From: an uncultured Bacteroidota bacterium
Lineage (GTDB): Bacteria; Bacteroidota; Bacteroidia; NS11-12g; UBA9320
Direction: 5' to 3'
DNA length: 64,000 bases
Assembly (NCBI GenBank): GCA_913054375.1
Contig: CAJXIQ010000001.1
Coordinates: 1,200-65,199, forward strand
Of this stretch, positions 28,278 through 37,486 are shown in pieces. The translations under genes were made by a program, and so were the position numbers. Numbering within the stretch: position 1 is the first letter of the stretch; the number at the start of each line of letters is the position of its first letter. The notes below the pieces were generated by a model that worked only from the letters and a program-made list of their open reading frames with translations, ran no database searches and was not told the DNA's origin.

Positions 28278-29970
28278 TTAATATTCCTTTAGTGGTTTGC
28301 TTTTCGCCAAGAAGCCCAACAAGTGTGACGACGTAAAGGTAAGAACCCGGCAACACTAGCTGCCCTTTATAGTAGGCGTACCAGGGCTCATCTGTACGGT
28401 TATTCACAAGCTTTTCGCCCCATCGGTTGTATATAGCGTAACTTGATTTGGAATGGTCGATCCCAGTTCCCACAATGACAAAGCGGTTGTTGTTAGACTG
28501 GGTATTAACAGCTGTAGTTATGCTGTATTTAAGCGGTTTTGTCAGGCAAACAACATTGGATGTGGAAGCTGATGTCGCGTTGAATTTATTTATTTCTTCG
28601 TAAGCGGTTACGTGATAACAACCAGCACTGTCTGTAAAATCAATACCGAGTATTGGATTCGCTTGTTTAAATAACGTGTTCCACGTGGAACCATTGTGTT
28701 TTTGAAGTGCGTACTCCTTAACGCCAACATCCCAGTTAACATACTCATTGTGAATAATTTGGGGTTCAATAGTGAGGTGTATGGTGTTGCTTATTTCTGA
28801 AGATTGAATAGTGTCATTGCACTGGTCTAAAGCGTTTACTTTATAAGCGTATGACCGTTGCTTTGCGTCTGCGGACAGGTCGTTATACTGGTAGTCAAAC
28901 CGGCCAACTTCTGTAGGCAAGTGTTTGATGTGTAGCGGTTTAGAAAAACTAGGACCCGATAAAATCGAAAAACGAGCAACGTCTTGTATGTTGTCTGTTT
29001 GCCATGCAATGCGTGTAGTGGCTTTTGTATTGTCAATTTCATCCGCGACAGTGGCAAGTTGTAAATAGACATAGGAGGGCGCTACAAATGCTCTAGTTTG
29101 AATAAGGTTAGTATTTGAGCTAGAGGATACTTGCCCCATTCTAGTGTATGAGCGTACATAGAAAAGTAGGGTGTCTCCCAAAACGAAATCGTTGAATATG
29201 AATGTTTTGGTGCCGCCAGATAAAGTTGTGTCTTTGTAAAATGTAAGGCCGCGGTCTTTCGAAACGTATACAGATTGACTGTCAATAGACGCCCATCCAG
29301 CATATAAATCCCAGTTAAGAAATATTTCTCGTGCGCAGGTGTCTATGGAAGACCTAAGAAAGGTTACTTGGTGTGGTGTAGACAATAAAGAGAATAGATT
29401 GCAGCTGTCTGTGGAACTCACCCGTACAAGATAGCGTCCAGGTCGTGCATCGGTTACAATATAACTGGTGTCTCCTGTTGTACCTATAGAGTCTCCATTA
29501 CCAGTGGTTCCGTCATACACAACGTAGTTTTTAGTGTCTATGCTTGGGTTTTTTGGCCAGCCGGCTATTATCTTTTGAGACGATAAGACGTAACTTAACG
29601 AGTCTATTTGTAAAGTATTTGGCAGAGTAAGGTCTATTGAAACAGTGTCGCTAGTGCCCAACGATCCGTCGCACTGGAAGTCTATGGTAATGTAGTAGCG
29701 CCATGTGGTGTTGAGGTCCTTCAGTTTGTGAGGGTATTCTGTAACGTCTAAGGTAGGAACATCGTCTAGCTTTACAAAGGGCGCACCCTCTTTACTACCG
29801 TATATGGAGTATCGCGAAAAAGAAGCACAAACGTCTGTCTGTCTGCCCCATGTCACCGTTACAATGGAGTCTGTAAAGTTCATACATGCCCTAAGAATAT
29901 GTGGTTCTGAGTTTACTCCGGTTGAAAGTAACGTGACGAGTAACAATGGTATGAAAAATATATGTCTCAA
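28264..29970 (-). CDS. Secreted multi-domain protein ending in a T9SS type B (gliding-motility-associated) C-terminal domain.
   Basis: A signal peptide and Ig/Fn3-like repeats are present. The C-terminus ..AIYNRWGEKLVNN..PWYAYYKGQLVLPGSYLYVVT.. matches the type-B CTD signature (NRWGE). Confidence 0.7.
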   Translation of the reverse strand: MRHIFFIPLLLVTLLSTGVNSEPHILRACMNFTDSIVTVTWGRQTDVCASFSRYSIYGSKEGAPFVKLDDVPTLDVTEYPHKLKDLNTTWRYYITIDFQCDGSLGTSDTVSIDLTLPNTLQIDSLSYVLSSQKIIAGWPKNPSIDTKNYVVYDGTTGNGDSIGTTGDTSYIVTDARPGRYLVRVSSTDSCNLFSLLSTPHQVTFLRSSIDTCAREIFLNWDLYAGWASIDSQSVYVSKDRGLTFYKDTTLSGGTKTFIFNDFVLGDTLLFYVRSYTRMGQVSSSSNTNLIQTRAFVAPSYVYLQLATVADEIDNTKATTRIAWQTDNIQDVARFSILSGPSFSKPLHIKHLPTEVGRFDYQYNDLSADAKQRSYAYKVNALDQCNDTIQSSEISNTIHLTIEPQIIHNEYVNWDVGVKEYALQKHNGSTWNTLFKQANPILGIDFTDSAGCYHVTAYEEINKFNATSASTSNVVCLTKPLKYSITTAVNTQSNNNRFVIVGTGIDHSKSSYAIYNRWGEKLVNNRTDEPWYAYYKGQLVLPGSYLYVVTLVGLLGEKQTTKGILNVIK

Positions 29971-30032
29971 GCGGTTAGTGCTTATAAGTTATAACGGTAT
30001 TATTTTGCAAAAATTACGATAAAAGATTACGT

Positions 30033-30800
30033 ATGAAAGAACCAAGACGCCCAAGTGAAGAAGAAAGTTCTGCAGGTGCCGAGCCAATAAGGCTTAATAA
30101 GTATATTAGCAATGCTGGAGTTTGTAGCCGTAGAGCTGCCGATAAGCTCATTGCGGATGGAAAGGTGCGTGTGAATGGCAAAGTCATTACAAGTTTAGGT
30201 ACAAAGGTAACACTTGAGGATAAAGTAAAGGTAGACAACGAGTTAATCTCCACGGGAGAAAAGCTATATGTACTGGTAAATAAGCCAAGAAACTGTATTT
30301 CTACACGAAACGATGAGAAAGGAAGAAGATCAATTATGGACTTGTTGCCAGATAAGTACCAGCACTTGTATCCTGTCGGAAGACTAGATAGAAACACCAC
30401 GGGTATAATTTTAATGACAAATGATGGCACGCTGACACAAAACTTGTTACACCCTACCAAAAAAATAAATAAGGTGTACAAGGCTAAAGTGAAAAACCAA
30501 CTAAGCCAATTAGAGCTAAATCAAATGGTAGACGGTATTGAGTTGGAAGATGGTTTAACGAAATTTGACAAAATTGTGGAATTGAACGAAGACGAGTCTT
30601 TTCGGTATGGCATAGAAATACATTCAGGTAAGAATAGGGTGATTCGAAGAATGTTTGAATCCATTGACAACGAGGTGATTAAGCTTGATAGGGTTATGTT
30701 TCACACGTTCACCAAAAAAGGCATTCCGATAGCTACTTTTAGGGAGGTTACCAAGAAGGAGCTCAAAAACTTAGATGTATATTTACGAACAAAAAAGTAA
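30033..30800 (+). CDS. Pseudouridine synthase of the RsuA/RluB family with an S4 domain.
   Basis: S4 segment RLNKYISNAGVCSRRAADKLI and catalytic GRLDRNTTGIILMTNDG are present. Confidence 0.85.
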   Translation: MKEPRRPSEEESSAGAEPIRLNKYISNAGVCSRRAADKLIADGKVRVNGKVITSLGTKVTLEDKVKVDNELISTGEKLYVLVNKPRNCISTRNDEKGRRSIMDLLPDKYQHLYPVGRLDRNTTGIILMTNDGTLTQNLLHPTKKINKVYKAKVKNQLSQLELNQMVDGIELEDGLTKFDKIVELNEDESFRYGIEIHSGKNRVIRRMFESIDNEVIKLDRVMFHTFTKKGIPIATFREVTKKELKNLDVYLRTKK

Positions 30801-30802
30801 AT

Positions 30803-31693
30803 TTGAAGAACATGAAGAAGTTAATTGCACTAATCGTAGTTGTTGCCGCATGGTCAGCATGCAAAGAATCAGTCCCGCCAATTATTTTCGGTGAGGATTC
30901 GACGCTAATCCTTATAGATACAGCGTATGTTTTAGCTTCAGGCGATATACCAGAAGCTCAATTTAGGGGGGTTCTTATAGAAGATATTACAGGTGTAAAG
31001 TGTGTAAACTGTCCAAGTGCCGCCGCTGCTGCCAGTGAAATAAGTGCCAACGCCACAACAAACAAAGTGGTAATTTTGGGTTTATATCCTACAGGTTTTC
31101 GTGCGTTGACCTTCCCCTTTCCAGATTATATAGATCCAAGAACCGAAGTGGCTCAGAACATTGGAGCAAACATTTATCAGTTTGCAAGTTTGCCAGCGGG
31201 AGGTGTGAACAGGAAAATATTTGATGGAGAAACCAAAAGGGACATTTCGTTCAACACATGGGAAAATAGAAGCAACTCGTTTGAAGGAGAAAAATCAGAT
31301 GTTAACATTGAGGTAGTTATTGATCAAGTAAACGACTCCACCTTCAATGTCAACAGCAATTTTATATTTACGGCTGCTACGGATTCAGATCCGTTTGTGA
31401 CCTTGATGCTGTTAGAAGACAACATCAAACACCCGCAGTACTATTCTGGGGGTACAGACAAAGAATACAAACACAAACACGTTGTAAGAAAGGCATATAC
31501 ACCGTACAACGGAACCCCGCTTCTTCCTGGTGAAATTAGCGAAACAAGCCGAGGGCTTAGAGTAGAAAAAGGATGGCAAATAATTATACCAAGCGATGTT
31601 GATGTGGACGAGGCAAGCATTGCTGTCTTCATTAATTACAACGACGAGGAGAATAGAGAGGTTGCTCAGTGTACAGAGGTGAAATTGAAATAA
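30803..31693 (+). CDS. Hypothetical lipoprotein with a CxxC motif, possibly related to the Omp28 family.
   Basis: MKKLIALIVVVAAWSAC has a lipobox, and a GVKCVNCPSA (CxxC) motif follows. The 3' end overlaps the xerD start by 25 bp. Confidence 0.5.
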   Translation: MKNMKKLIALIVVVAAWSACKESVPPIIFGEDSTLILIDTAYVLASGDIPEAQFRGVLIEDITGVKCVNCPSAAAAASEISANATTNKVVILGLYPTGFRALTFPFPDYIDPRTEVAQNIGANIYQFASLPAGGVNRKIFDGETKRDISFNTWENRSNSFEGEKSDVNIEVVIDQVNDSTFNVNSNFIFTAATDSDPFVTLMLLEDNIKHPQYYSGGTDKEYKHKHVVRKAYTPYNGTPLLPGEISETSRGLRVEKGWQIIIPSDVDVDEASIAVFINYNDEENREVAQCTEVKLK

Positions 31694-32580
31694 ACGCAGA
31701 CAACCGCAAACTGCTTGTAGAGTTTGAAACAACCCTTTCGGTAGATCGGTCGCTCAGTAAAAACACCTTAGCGGCGTATCGTTCTGATATTTACAAACTT
31801 ATTGCCTTTACAGAGGGTAAAAACCTAAAAAAAATCTCTTCTGAAGAGATATCAGCGTTCATACAAGAATTGTATGATGTACACCTAAGTGGCCGTAGCA
31901 TTGCACGCATTGTTTCAGGTTTAAAATCGTTTTATAAGCATCTGATTATAGAGGGAGAGCTGGAAGCCAACCCCATGCAATTTATTCTTACCCCGAAGCT
32001 ACCCAAAAAACTGCCAGAGGTGCTGAGCCATAGCGAGATTTCCGAAATGATAGCAGCCATAGATTTATCTAAAATAGCCGGAGAAAGAGACAAAACAATT
32101 ATGATGCTTATGTATGGCTGCGGACTACGGGTTTCTGAGCTCACCGGCTTGAAAATAAATAACCTTTATTTTGAAGATGGTTTCATTCGAGTGATGGGAA
32201 AGGGTGACAAGGAAAGACTGGTACCCATTGGTGGCAAGACCATTCGCCAAGTAAAATATTACTTGGAATATTACCGCAGGCATGTAGAGACTAAAGCGTC
32301 ACAAAATACCCTAATACTAAACCAGAGAGGCAACAGTATAAGTAGGGTTCATGTTTTTAAGCTCATAAAAAAATTGGCAGAGAAGGCGGGTATTAGCAAG
32401 AGTGTGAGTCCCCATACGCTCAGACATTCATTTGCAACAGTGCTAATAGAGGCGGGTGCAGACTTGCGTGCAGTGCAGCAGATGCTCGGGCACGAAAGCA
32501 TCACTACCACAGAGATTTACACCCATTTAGACAAGGCGTACCTTAAAACGATAATAGAACAGTTTCACCCAAGAGCATGA
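31669..32580 (+). CDS. xerD: Tyrosine recombinase XerD.
   Basis: The C-terminus HTLRHSFATVLIEAGADLRAVQQMLGHESITTTEIYTHL contains the R..HxxR..Y catalytic set. The gene starts with GTG. Confidence 0.88.
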   Translation: MYRGEIEINADNRKLLVEFETTLSVDRSLSKNTLAAYRSDIYKLIAFTEGKNLKKISSEEISAFIQELYDVHLSGRSIARIVSGLKSFYKHLIIEGELEANPMQFILTPKLPKKLPEVLSHSEISEMIAAIDLSKIAGERDKTIMMLMYGCGLRVSELTGLKINNLYFEDGFIRVMGKGDKERLVPIGGKTIRQVKYYLEYYRRHVETKASQNTLILNQRGNSISRVHVFKLIKKLAEKAGISKSVSPHTLRHSFATVLIEAGADLRAVQQMLGHESITTTEIYTHLDKAYLKTIIEQFHPRA

Positions 32581-32882
32581 TCATATACAACGTTACCCTT
32601 AGCATTAATCCAGCCATGGAGACTTCAGTTATTCAATGGTTAAAAGAAGAACATATTCCAGAAGTGCTAGACACTGGTCTTTTTATGGGACATGATATTT
32701 TTAAAGTGATAGAAGACCCCAAGGATAGAAAGCACAATTCGTATGCGGTACAATACAAACTAGAGTCGTGGGCACATTACAATACATATGCACTGGAGCA
32801 TGCGGACAGACTCAAAGAAATAACCCAAAAGAAGTTTGGTGAAAACGTCTTAGCGTTTAGAACGTTTCTGGAAAAATGCTAG
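32577..32882 (+). CDS. DUF4286-like small protein.
   Basis: It is about 100 aa and overlaps the xerD stop (ATGA), which is the conserved xerD-DUF4286 arrangement in Bacteroidota. Confidence 0.6.
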   Translation: MIIYNVTLSINPAMETSVIQWLKEEHIPEVLDTGLFMGHDIFKVIEDPKDRKHNSYAVQYKLESWAHYNTYALEHADRLKEITQKKFGENVLAFRTFLEKC

Positions 32883-34133
32883 AATATGTTGTGTTCCAAT
32901 AGCGGCCAAAACCAAATACAAAATGCTAACCGGCAACATAAACCGAGCTGCTCCTACGGGCCCTGTTATTATAACAAAGTAGGTTATCAGAAGTAACATG
33001 AAGAATGTTTGTTTCATGCGACTCAGGGAGAAGCACACCAACACTAACTTAACCATGCTTACAAAAAGAAGTGCTAAAAAAGCAAAGAGTACAACTTTGT
33101 TTTTGCTCATTACCTCCCCTATCCTATCCCAATCCCCGCTGTAAAGCAATTCGGTAAGGCTTACCTTGTGGTCATTCATTCCAAAGAAGGTATAGATTTC
33201 AAATCTGCCCGGGTCTAAAACCATTTTTATCATTCCAGCAAGATGTACTTTAGCATAGGCCAAAGGATTGCTTCGTATGGCATTTATAGCCTCTTTGCGA
33301 ACATCTTTTTTGTAATTAATGTATTGCGGCAGTGTTCTTGGAACGCTAAAGGCCTCGGAGTGGGTAAAGTCGCTTGCGGCATCTACTCCGTCTACATTAG
33401 CCACCATTAGCTTAGCATTGTATTGGCCCAGGTTGATGGTAGATATCGAACTGTATTCAAACACGCCAGAACTAGAATAATTTACCGTACAACCCATAGC
33501 CCACACCGCCAGAGGTACGAGTAACCAGTAGTGCCACTTAGCGGTGGCCCTTTTGAGGTAAATGAGTATAACGGGTATAAGAAAAAGACTGGGTAAAAAC
33601 ACAGGTTTCAGGAATAGCCCCAACCCCCACAATAGAGAGATGTAAATGGTTTTCTGATATGTGGTGGTATTGGGGCTGTAGTATACAAGTATTATGCTGG
33701 TAACAGCAGCAGTCACCAAAAGGTCTGCCATTTGTAATGTGGTGTGCATGGCAAGGGCAATGTGAAATAGAAACAAGAGTATGTAACTCAAAAAAGCCGC
33801 TTTTTTTCGGATAAACAGATTTAATATGTGCAATCCCAAAAAAAATATTAAGACATATAAAAGCACTGTGGATACAAGAATTAGGTGCTCGTTTTGCTGT
33901 TGAAAAAGCAGAAAAATAGGGTAGCCTAACGTACGCTTACTATACAATCTATAGTCTACGGGTTGGTTGGAGTTTCCTCCATACAAAATATTGTTTTTCA
34001 GCAAGTTGTCTGCTGCGTATTGATACTCTATGGTGTCATTGAGCGGTGGAGTTGGTTTGTAATAATGGTAGGCGATGGTTACCACAAGAGCAACCATCAA
34101 TAGGGATAGAGAGAAAATAAAACGCTTTGCCAT
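32850..34133 (-). CDS. Hypothetical polytopic membrane protein.
   Basis: About 11 predicted TM helices with no recognisable catalytic motif. It converges on the DUF4286 gene and overlaps it. Confidence 0.55.
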   Translation of the reverse strand: MAKRFIFSLSLLMVALVVTIAYHYYKPTPPLNDTIEYQYAADNLLKNNILYGGNSNQPVDYRLYSKRTLGYPIFLLFQQQNEHLILVSTVLLYVLIFFLGLHILNLFIRKKAAFLSYILLFLFHIALAMHTTLQMADLLVTAAVTSIILVYYSPNTTTYQKTIYISLLWGLGLFLKPVFLPSLFLIPVILIYLKRATAKWHYWLLVPLAVWAMGCTVNYSSSGVFEYSSISTINLGQYNAKLMVANVDGVDAASDFTHSEAFSVPRTLPQYINYKKDVRKEAINAIRSNPLAYAKVHLAGMIKMVLDPGRFEIYTFFGMNDHKVSLTELLYSGDWDRIGEVMSKNKVVLFAFLALLFVSMVKLVLVCFSLSRMKQTFFMLLLITYFVIITGPVGAARFMLPVSILYLVLAAIGTQHILAFFQKRSKR

Positions 34134-34200
34134 GGCTACAAATTTTAGGTAAAATATGTGATTTTTATAAACAGTATTTATGAAGAATGCTAAAGATAGA

Positions 34201-34208
34201 TACCTTTG
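34201..34208 (+). promoter_or_regulatory. -7 promoter box TAccTTTG upstream of the lamin-tail-domain (LTD) protein gene.
   Basis: Exact TAnnTTTG match, with an A-rich ~25-nt leader to the ATG at 34238. Confidence 0.4.
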
Positions 34209-34237
34209 TGAAAACTAAAACCTTAAAAAAAAGCAAA

Positions 34238-36283
34238 ATGAAAAAACTTTACACTTTATTATCTTTTGTATTGTTCGGCTTCGCAGCGAACGCACAATGT
34301 ACAGACCTAGTTATCAGTGAGTACGCTGAAGGGTCAGGTAGCAACAAATACTTAGAGCTTTATAATCCAACGAATTCTACAATACATTTGTCTGGTTATG
34401 CATTAGCCAATACTGGGAACGCCGTAGATTCTATAGGCTTTTATGAGTTTTGGCTTAATTTACGAAGCACGGACTCTATTTCACCTAACACAACGTATAT
34501 AATATGTGATAAAGATGCAGACGCAGCGATAGTAAATGCCGCAAGCTTCACGCATGAGTTTTTAAGTAATGGCGACGACGGTTATAAGTTGGTAAAAGGA
34601 GGGACATTCACAGACTTAGATGCAGATGGAGATACAGACCGTTATGAGATGGCTAATTTTACCGTGGTAGATGTCTTAGGAGATTGGCAAGGTAGACCAT
34701 CAGGCGGATGGGATGTAGCTGGTGTAACTGCTGCAACAAAAGATAGAGTTCTAGTTAGAAAGCCTGCCTATGGTGGTAATTCTGATTGGACCATCTCAAG
34801 AGGTACTGATGCCATGAACAGCGAGTGGGTAGTAAAAGCAAATGAAGACTGGACTAATCTTGGAAAGCATTCTTCAGATTGTCATCCACCAGTTGCGACT
34901 GAGCCTTCTACGGCTGCAGCAGATCCTACTGCAGACCAAGTAGATGTTATCTCTCTCTTTAGTAATGTATACACAGATGTTGCGGTTACCACTTGGAGAA
35001 CAGGATGGTCTGCGGCTACACTTACAGATACTACTGCAGCTGGAAACGATATTAAACGATATACTGATTTAAATTTTGTTGGTATAGAAACGACAGGCGG
35101 TAATTCAATAGACGCTAGCGGAATGAACTACTTCACGTTTGATGCTTGGACTCCTAATGCAACGAGTTATAGAATTAAATTGGTAGATTTTGGTCCTGAC
35201 AATGCTTTTCAAGGCGGAGATGATGTTGAACACGAACTTACTTTTGACATGCCAGCACAAAGCACTTGGACAAACCATACAATTGATATTAGTGATTTTA
35301 CGAATCTAACAACTAGAGCTAATATTTCTCAATTAGTATTTGCTGCCGCGCCAGCAGGTGGAGCTACTTTGTTCTTAGATAACATATACTTCTCTAGAGA
35401 CCCTGTGTTGGTTTACAATGTTGCAGACATTGCAGACATCGTAGGTTTAGATGCAGATTTCTCTCCAGTCAATTTAGATACACTTTATGAGGTAACGGGT
35501 ATCGTTTACGGTATAGATTACCAAGGTGGAGATGACCTTACTAAAACTAACGCTGCATTTACTCTTATAGATGCTACCGACGGTGTTGGTGTATTTGCTA
35601 GAGGTTTGGACTACGTGGTAAAAGAAGGAGACGAAGTTACTGTTAAAGGTACATTAGATTTCTTCCGAGGTCTTACGCAAATAGCTGCTGACTCTATTAC
35701 AGTAGTAAGTACTGGAAACGCTATTAACGATCCTACAGATGTTACTTCTTTATCTGAAGATACAGAGTCTGATCTTGTTAAATTTACTAAAGTTTGGGTT
35801 GCAGATACTGCTGACAAAGTTTGGCCAAATAACGGTAACATAGATATTACAAACGGTACCGATACCTTTGCTGTAAGAATAGATGGCGATACAAAAGGTA
35901 TAGCCGGAAAAACAATCGAGTTTGATACAATGAATATAGTTGGTCTTGGTGGTCAGTTTGATGGTTCAGCTCCATATAATGAAGGATACCAGTTATTCCC
36001 TAGAGATTCAAGTGATATCTCGGAGTGGGTAAACATGACAAGCGTAAGAAACGTGTCTATACAAACTAGCGTATATCCTAACCCAGCAAGCGACAATCTT
36101 ACAGTAGTAGGTAGTACTAAGTGGGAAAGCTTTGTTGTGTATAGTATACTCGGTGGCGAAATGGCTGCAGGTACACTAAACAACAACAACCTTTCTGTTG
36201 CAAACCTAAATAACGGTACTTATATCATTAAGCTTGTAGCTGGTGAGCAAGTAGGTGTTGCTCGATTTGTAGTAAGCAAGTAA
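34238..36283 (+). CDS. Secreted protein with an N-terminal lamin-tail domain and a C-terminal T9SS type A sorting domain.
   Basis: A signal peptide MKKLYTLLSFVLFGFAANA is followed by LTD signature ISEYAEGSGSNKYLELYNPT..LSGYAL. The CTD is ..VYPNPASDNLTV..NGTYIIKLVAGEQVGVARFVVSK. Confidence 0.75.
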   Translation: MKKLYTLLSFVLFGFAANAQCTDLVISEYAEGSGSNKYLELYNPTNSTIHLSGYALANTGNAVDSIGFYEFWLNLRSTDSISPNTTYIICDKDADAAIVNAASFTHEFLSNGDDGYKLVKGGTFTDLDADGDTDRYEMANFTVVDVLGDWQGRPSGGWDVAGVTAATKDRVLVRKPAYGGNSDWTISRGTDAMNSEWVVKANEDWTNLGKHSSDCHPPVATEPSTAAADPTADQVDVISLFSNVYTDVAVTTWRTGWSAATLTDTTAAGNDIKRYTDLNFVGIETTGGNSIDASGMNYFTFDAWTPNATSYRIKLVDFGPDNAFQGGDDVEHELTFDMPAQSTWTNHTIDISDFTNLTTRANISQLVFAAAPAGGATLFLDNIYFSRDPVLVYNVADIADIVGLDADFSPVNLDTLYEVTGIVYGIDYQGGDDLTKTNAAFTLIDATDGVGVFARGLDYVVKEGDEVTVKGTLDFFRGLTQIAADSITVVSTGNAINDPTDVTSLSEDTESDLVKFTKVWVADTADKVWPNNGNIDITNGTDTFAVRIDGDTKGIAGKTIEFDTMNIVGLGGQFDGSAPYNEGYQLFPRDSSDISEWVNMTSVRNVSIQTSVYPNPASDNLTVVGSTKWESFVVYSILGGEMAAGTLNNNNLSVANLNNGTYIIKLVAGEQVGVARFVVSK

Positions 36284-36310
36284 TACGTACTTCTTTCAAG
36301 AATTCAAAAA

Positions 36311-36340
36311 GGGCTGCGCTTATTAGTGCAGCCCTTTTTT
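36311..36340 (+). terminator. Rho-independent terminator.
   Basis: A GGGCTGC..GCAGCCC hairpin is followed by T6. Confidence 0.7.
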
Positions 36341-36379
36341 ATGTTGGTGTTTTTATATCATTTTTTCCCAAATGAATGT

Positions 36380-36409
36380 TTGGTAAGGGAGATAATAGAC
36401 CTATCTTTG
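36380..36409 (+). promoter_or_regulatory. Bacteroidota sigma-A promoter for the tRNA: a -33 TTG followed after 19 bp by a -7 TAtcTTTG box.
   Basis: TTG at 36380-36382 and TAtcTTTG at 36402-36409. The mature tRNA 5' end at 36421 lies 11 nt downstream. Confidence 0.5.
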
Positions 36410-36420
36410 CAGTCAATTAT

Positions 36421-36492
<72 letters not shown>

Positions 36493-36501
36493 CTAAAAAA
36501 A

Positions 36502-36529
36502 GCCTTTCGCATCAGCGGAGGGCTTTTTT
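36502..36529. terminator. Bidirectional rho-independent terminator serving both the tRNA and the convergent panC.
   Basis: A GCCTTTCGC-atca-GCGGAGGGC hairpin (with G:U pairs) is flanked by A7 upstream and T6 downstream. Confidence 0.6.
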
Positions 36530-36536
36530 ATGCTTT

Positions 36537-37388
36537 CTATTTGAGATAAATATTATCCAAAAGTCTTACCCCTTCGTATTCTACCACGGTAAGTAGGGCT
36601 ATTTCGTTTGCCGAGTCCAATGTTTGAACCGGATCTAGTGTTGCTGTATCAACAGCTAGCAAGTAGTCAATATGTGCTCCTTTCTGTGCTTTGATAAATT
36701 GCGTTGCTTTGGCAATAGCTTCGTGCAGCTCCATCTCTTTCACATCTTCTTTTGCTTGTGATATTGCGCGGTATATAAATGCCGCGTTTTGCCGTCCCTT
36801 TTTACTTAGTCGAATATTTCGTGAGCTCATGGCCAACCCATGAGGTTCTCGATAAATGGGTGTTATGCGTATTTCCACAGAGGAGTTGGTTATTGCTGCC
36901 AGTCTCTGAGCCACTACGGTTTGCTGAAAGTCTTTTTGACCAAAATATGCCCTGGTGGGCGATAGAAGCATAAAAAAGCGATGTAAGACGTTGCAAACGC
37001 CTTGAAAGTGCCCAGGCCGACTTAACCCCTCAATCTTATGGTCTAGTCCATCTATGGGAAACTCTTGCTGTTGGTAAGTGTCTGGGTATATGTCCTCATA
37101 ATCTGGCAAAAATAGAATGTCGCACCCCTGTTCAACGAGTAATTCTATGTCATTTTCTATAGGTTTGGGGTACGTTTCTAGGTCTGCAGCTTCTCCAAAC
37201 TGAGTGGGGTTTACAAATATGCTGCACACCGTTACAGTGTTTTCTGCGACACTCGTATTTATTAGGGAAGCGTGGCCTGCATGCAAGGCTCCCATTGTAG
37301 GGACAAACCCTATCGTGACTACTGGATTATTCTTGCGTAAAGCGTTTAGGTGCTTTATTAGCGTTTCAGATGTCTTTATTACATGCAT
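36537..37388 (-). CDS. panC: Pantoate--beta-alanine ligase.
   Basis: GFVPTMGALHAGHASLI and the HIGH-like motif of the nucleotidyltransferase fold are present. Confidence 0.9.
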   Translation of the reverse strand: MHVIKTSETLIKHLNALRKNNPVVTIGFVPTMGALHAGHASLINTSVAENTVTVCSIFVNPTQFGEAADLETYPKPIENDIELLVEQGCDILFLPDYEDIYPDTYQQQEFPIDGLDHKIEGLSRPGHFQGVCNVLHRFFMLLSPTRAYFGQKDFQQTVVAQRLAAITNSSVEIRITPIYREPHGLAMSSRNIRLSKKGRQNAAFIYRAISQAKEDVKEMELHEAIAKATQFIKAQKGAHIDYLLAVDTATLDPVQTLDSANEIALLTVVEYEGVRLLDNIYLK

Positions 37389-37486
37389 ATATATACGATA
37401 AAAATACTACAAATACAATAGCTGCGGGTGATTATTATCAATATACACCGCAGTATCTTTGCAATTGTAAAACATTAAGACGTTCC

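Noticed and set aside
31669-32580. The tyrosine recombinase as a marker of an integrated mobile element.
   Set aside because: Its C-terminus matches chromosomal XerD closely, and it is paired with the usual DUF4286 gene. No direct repeats, att-like sites or phage/ICE cargo genes flank it.
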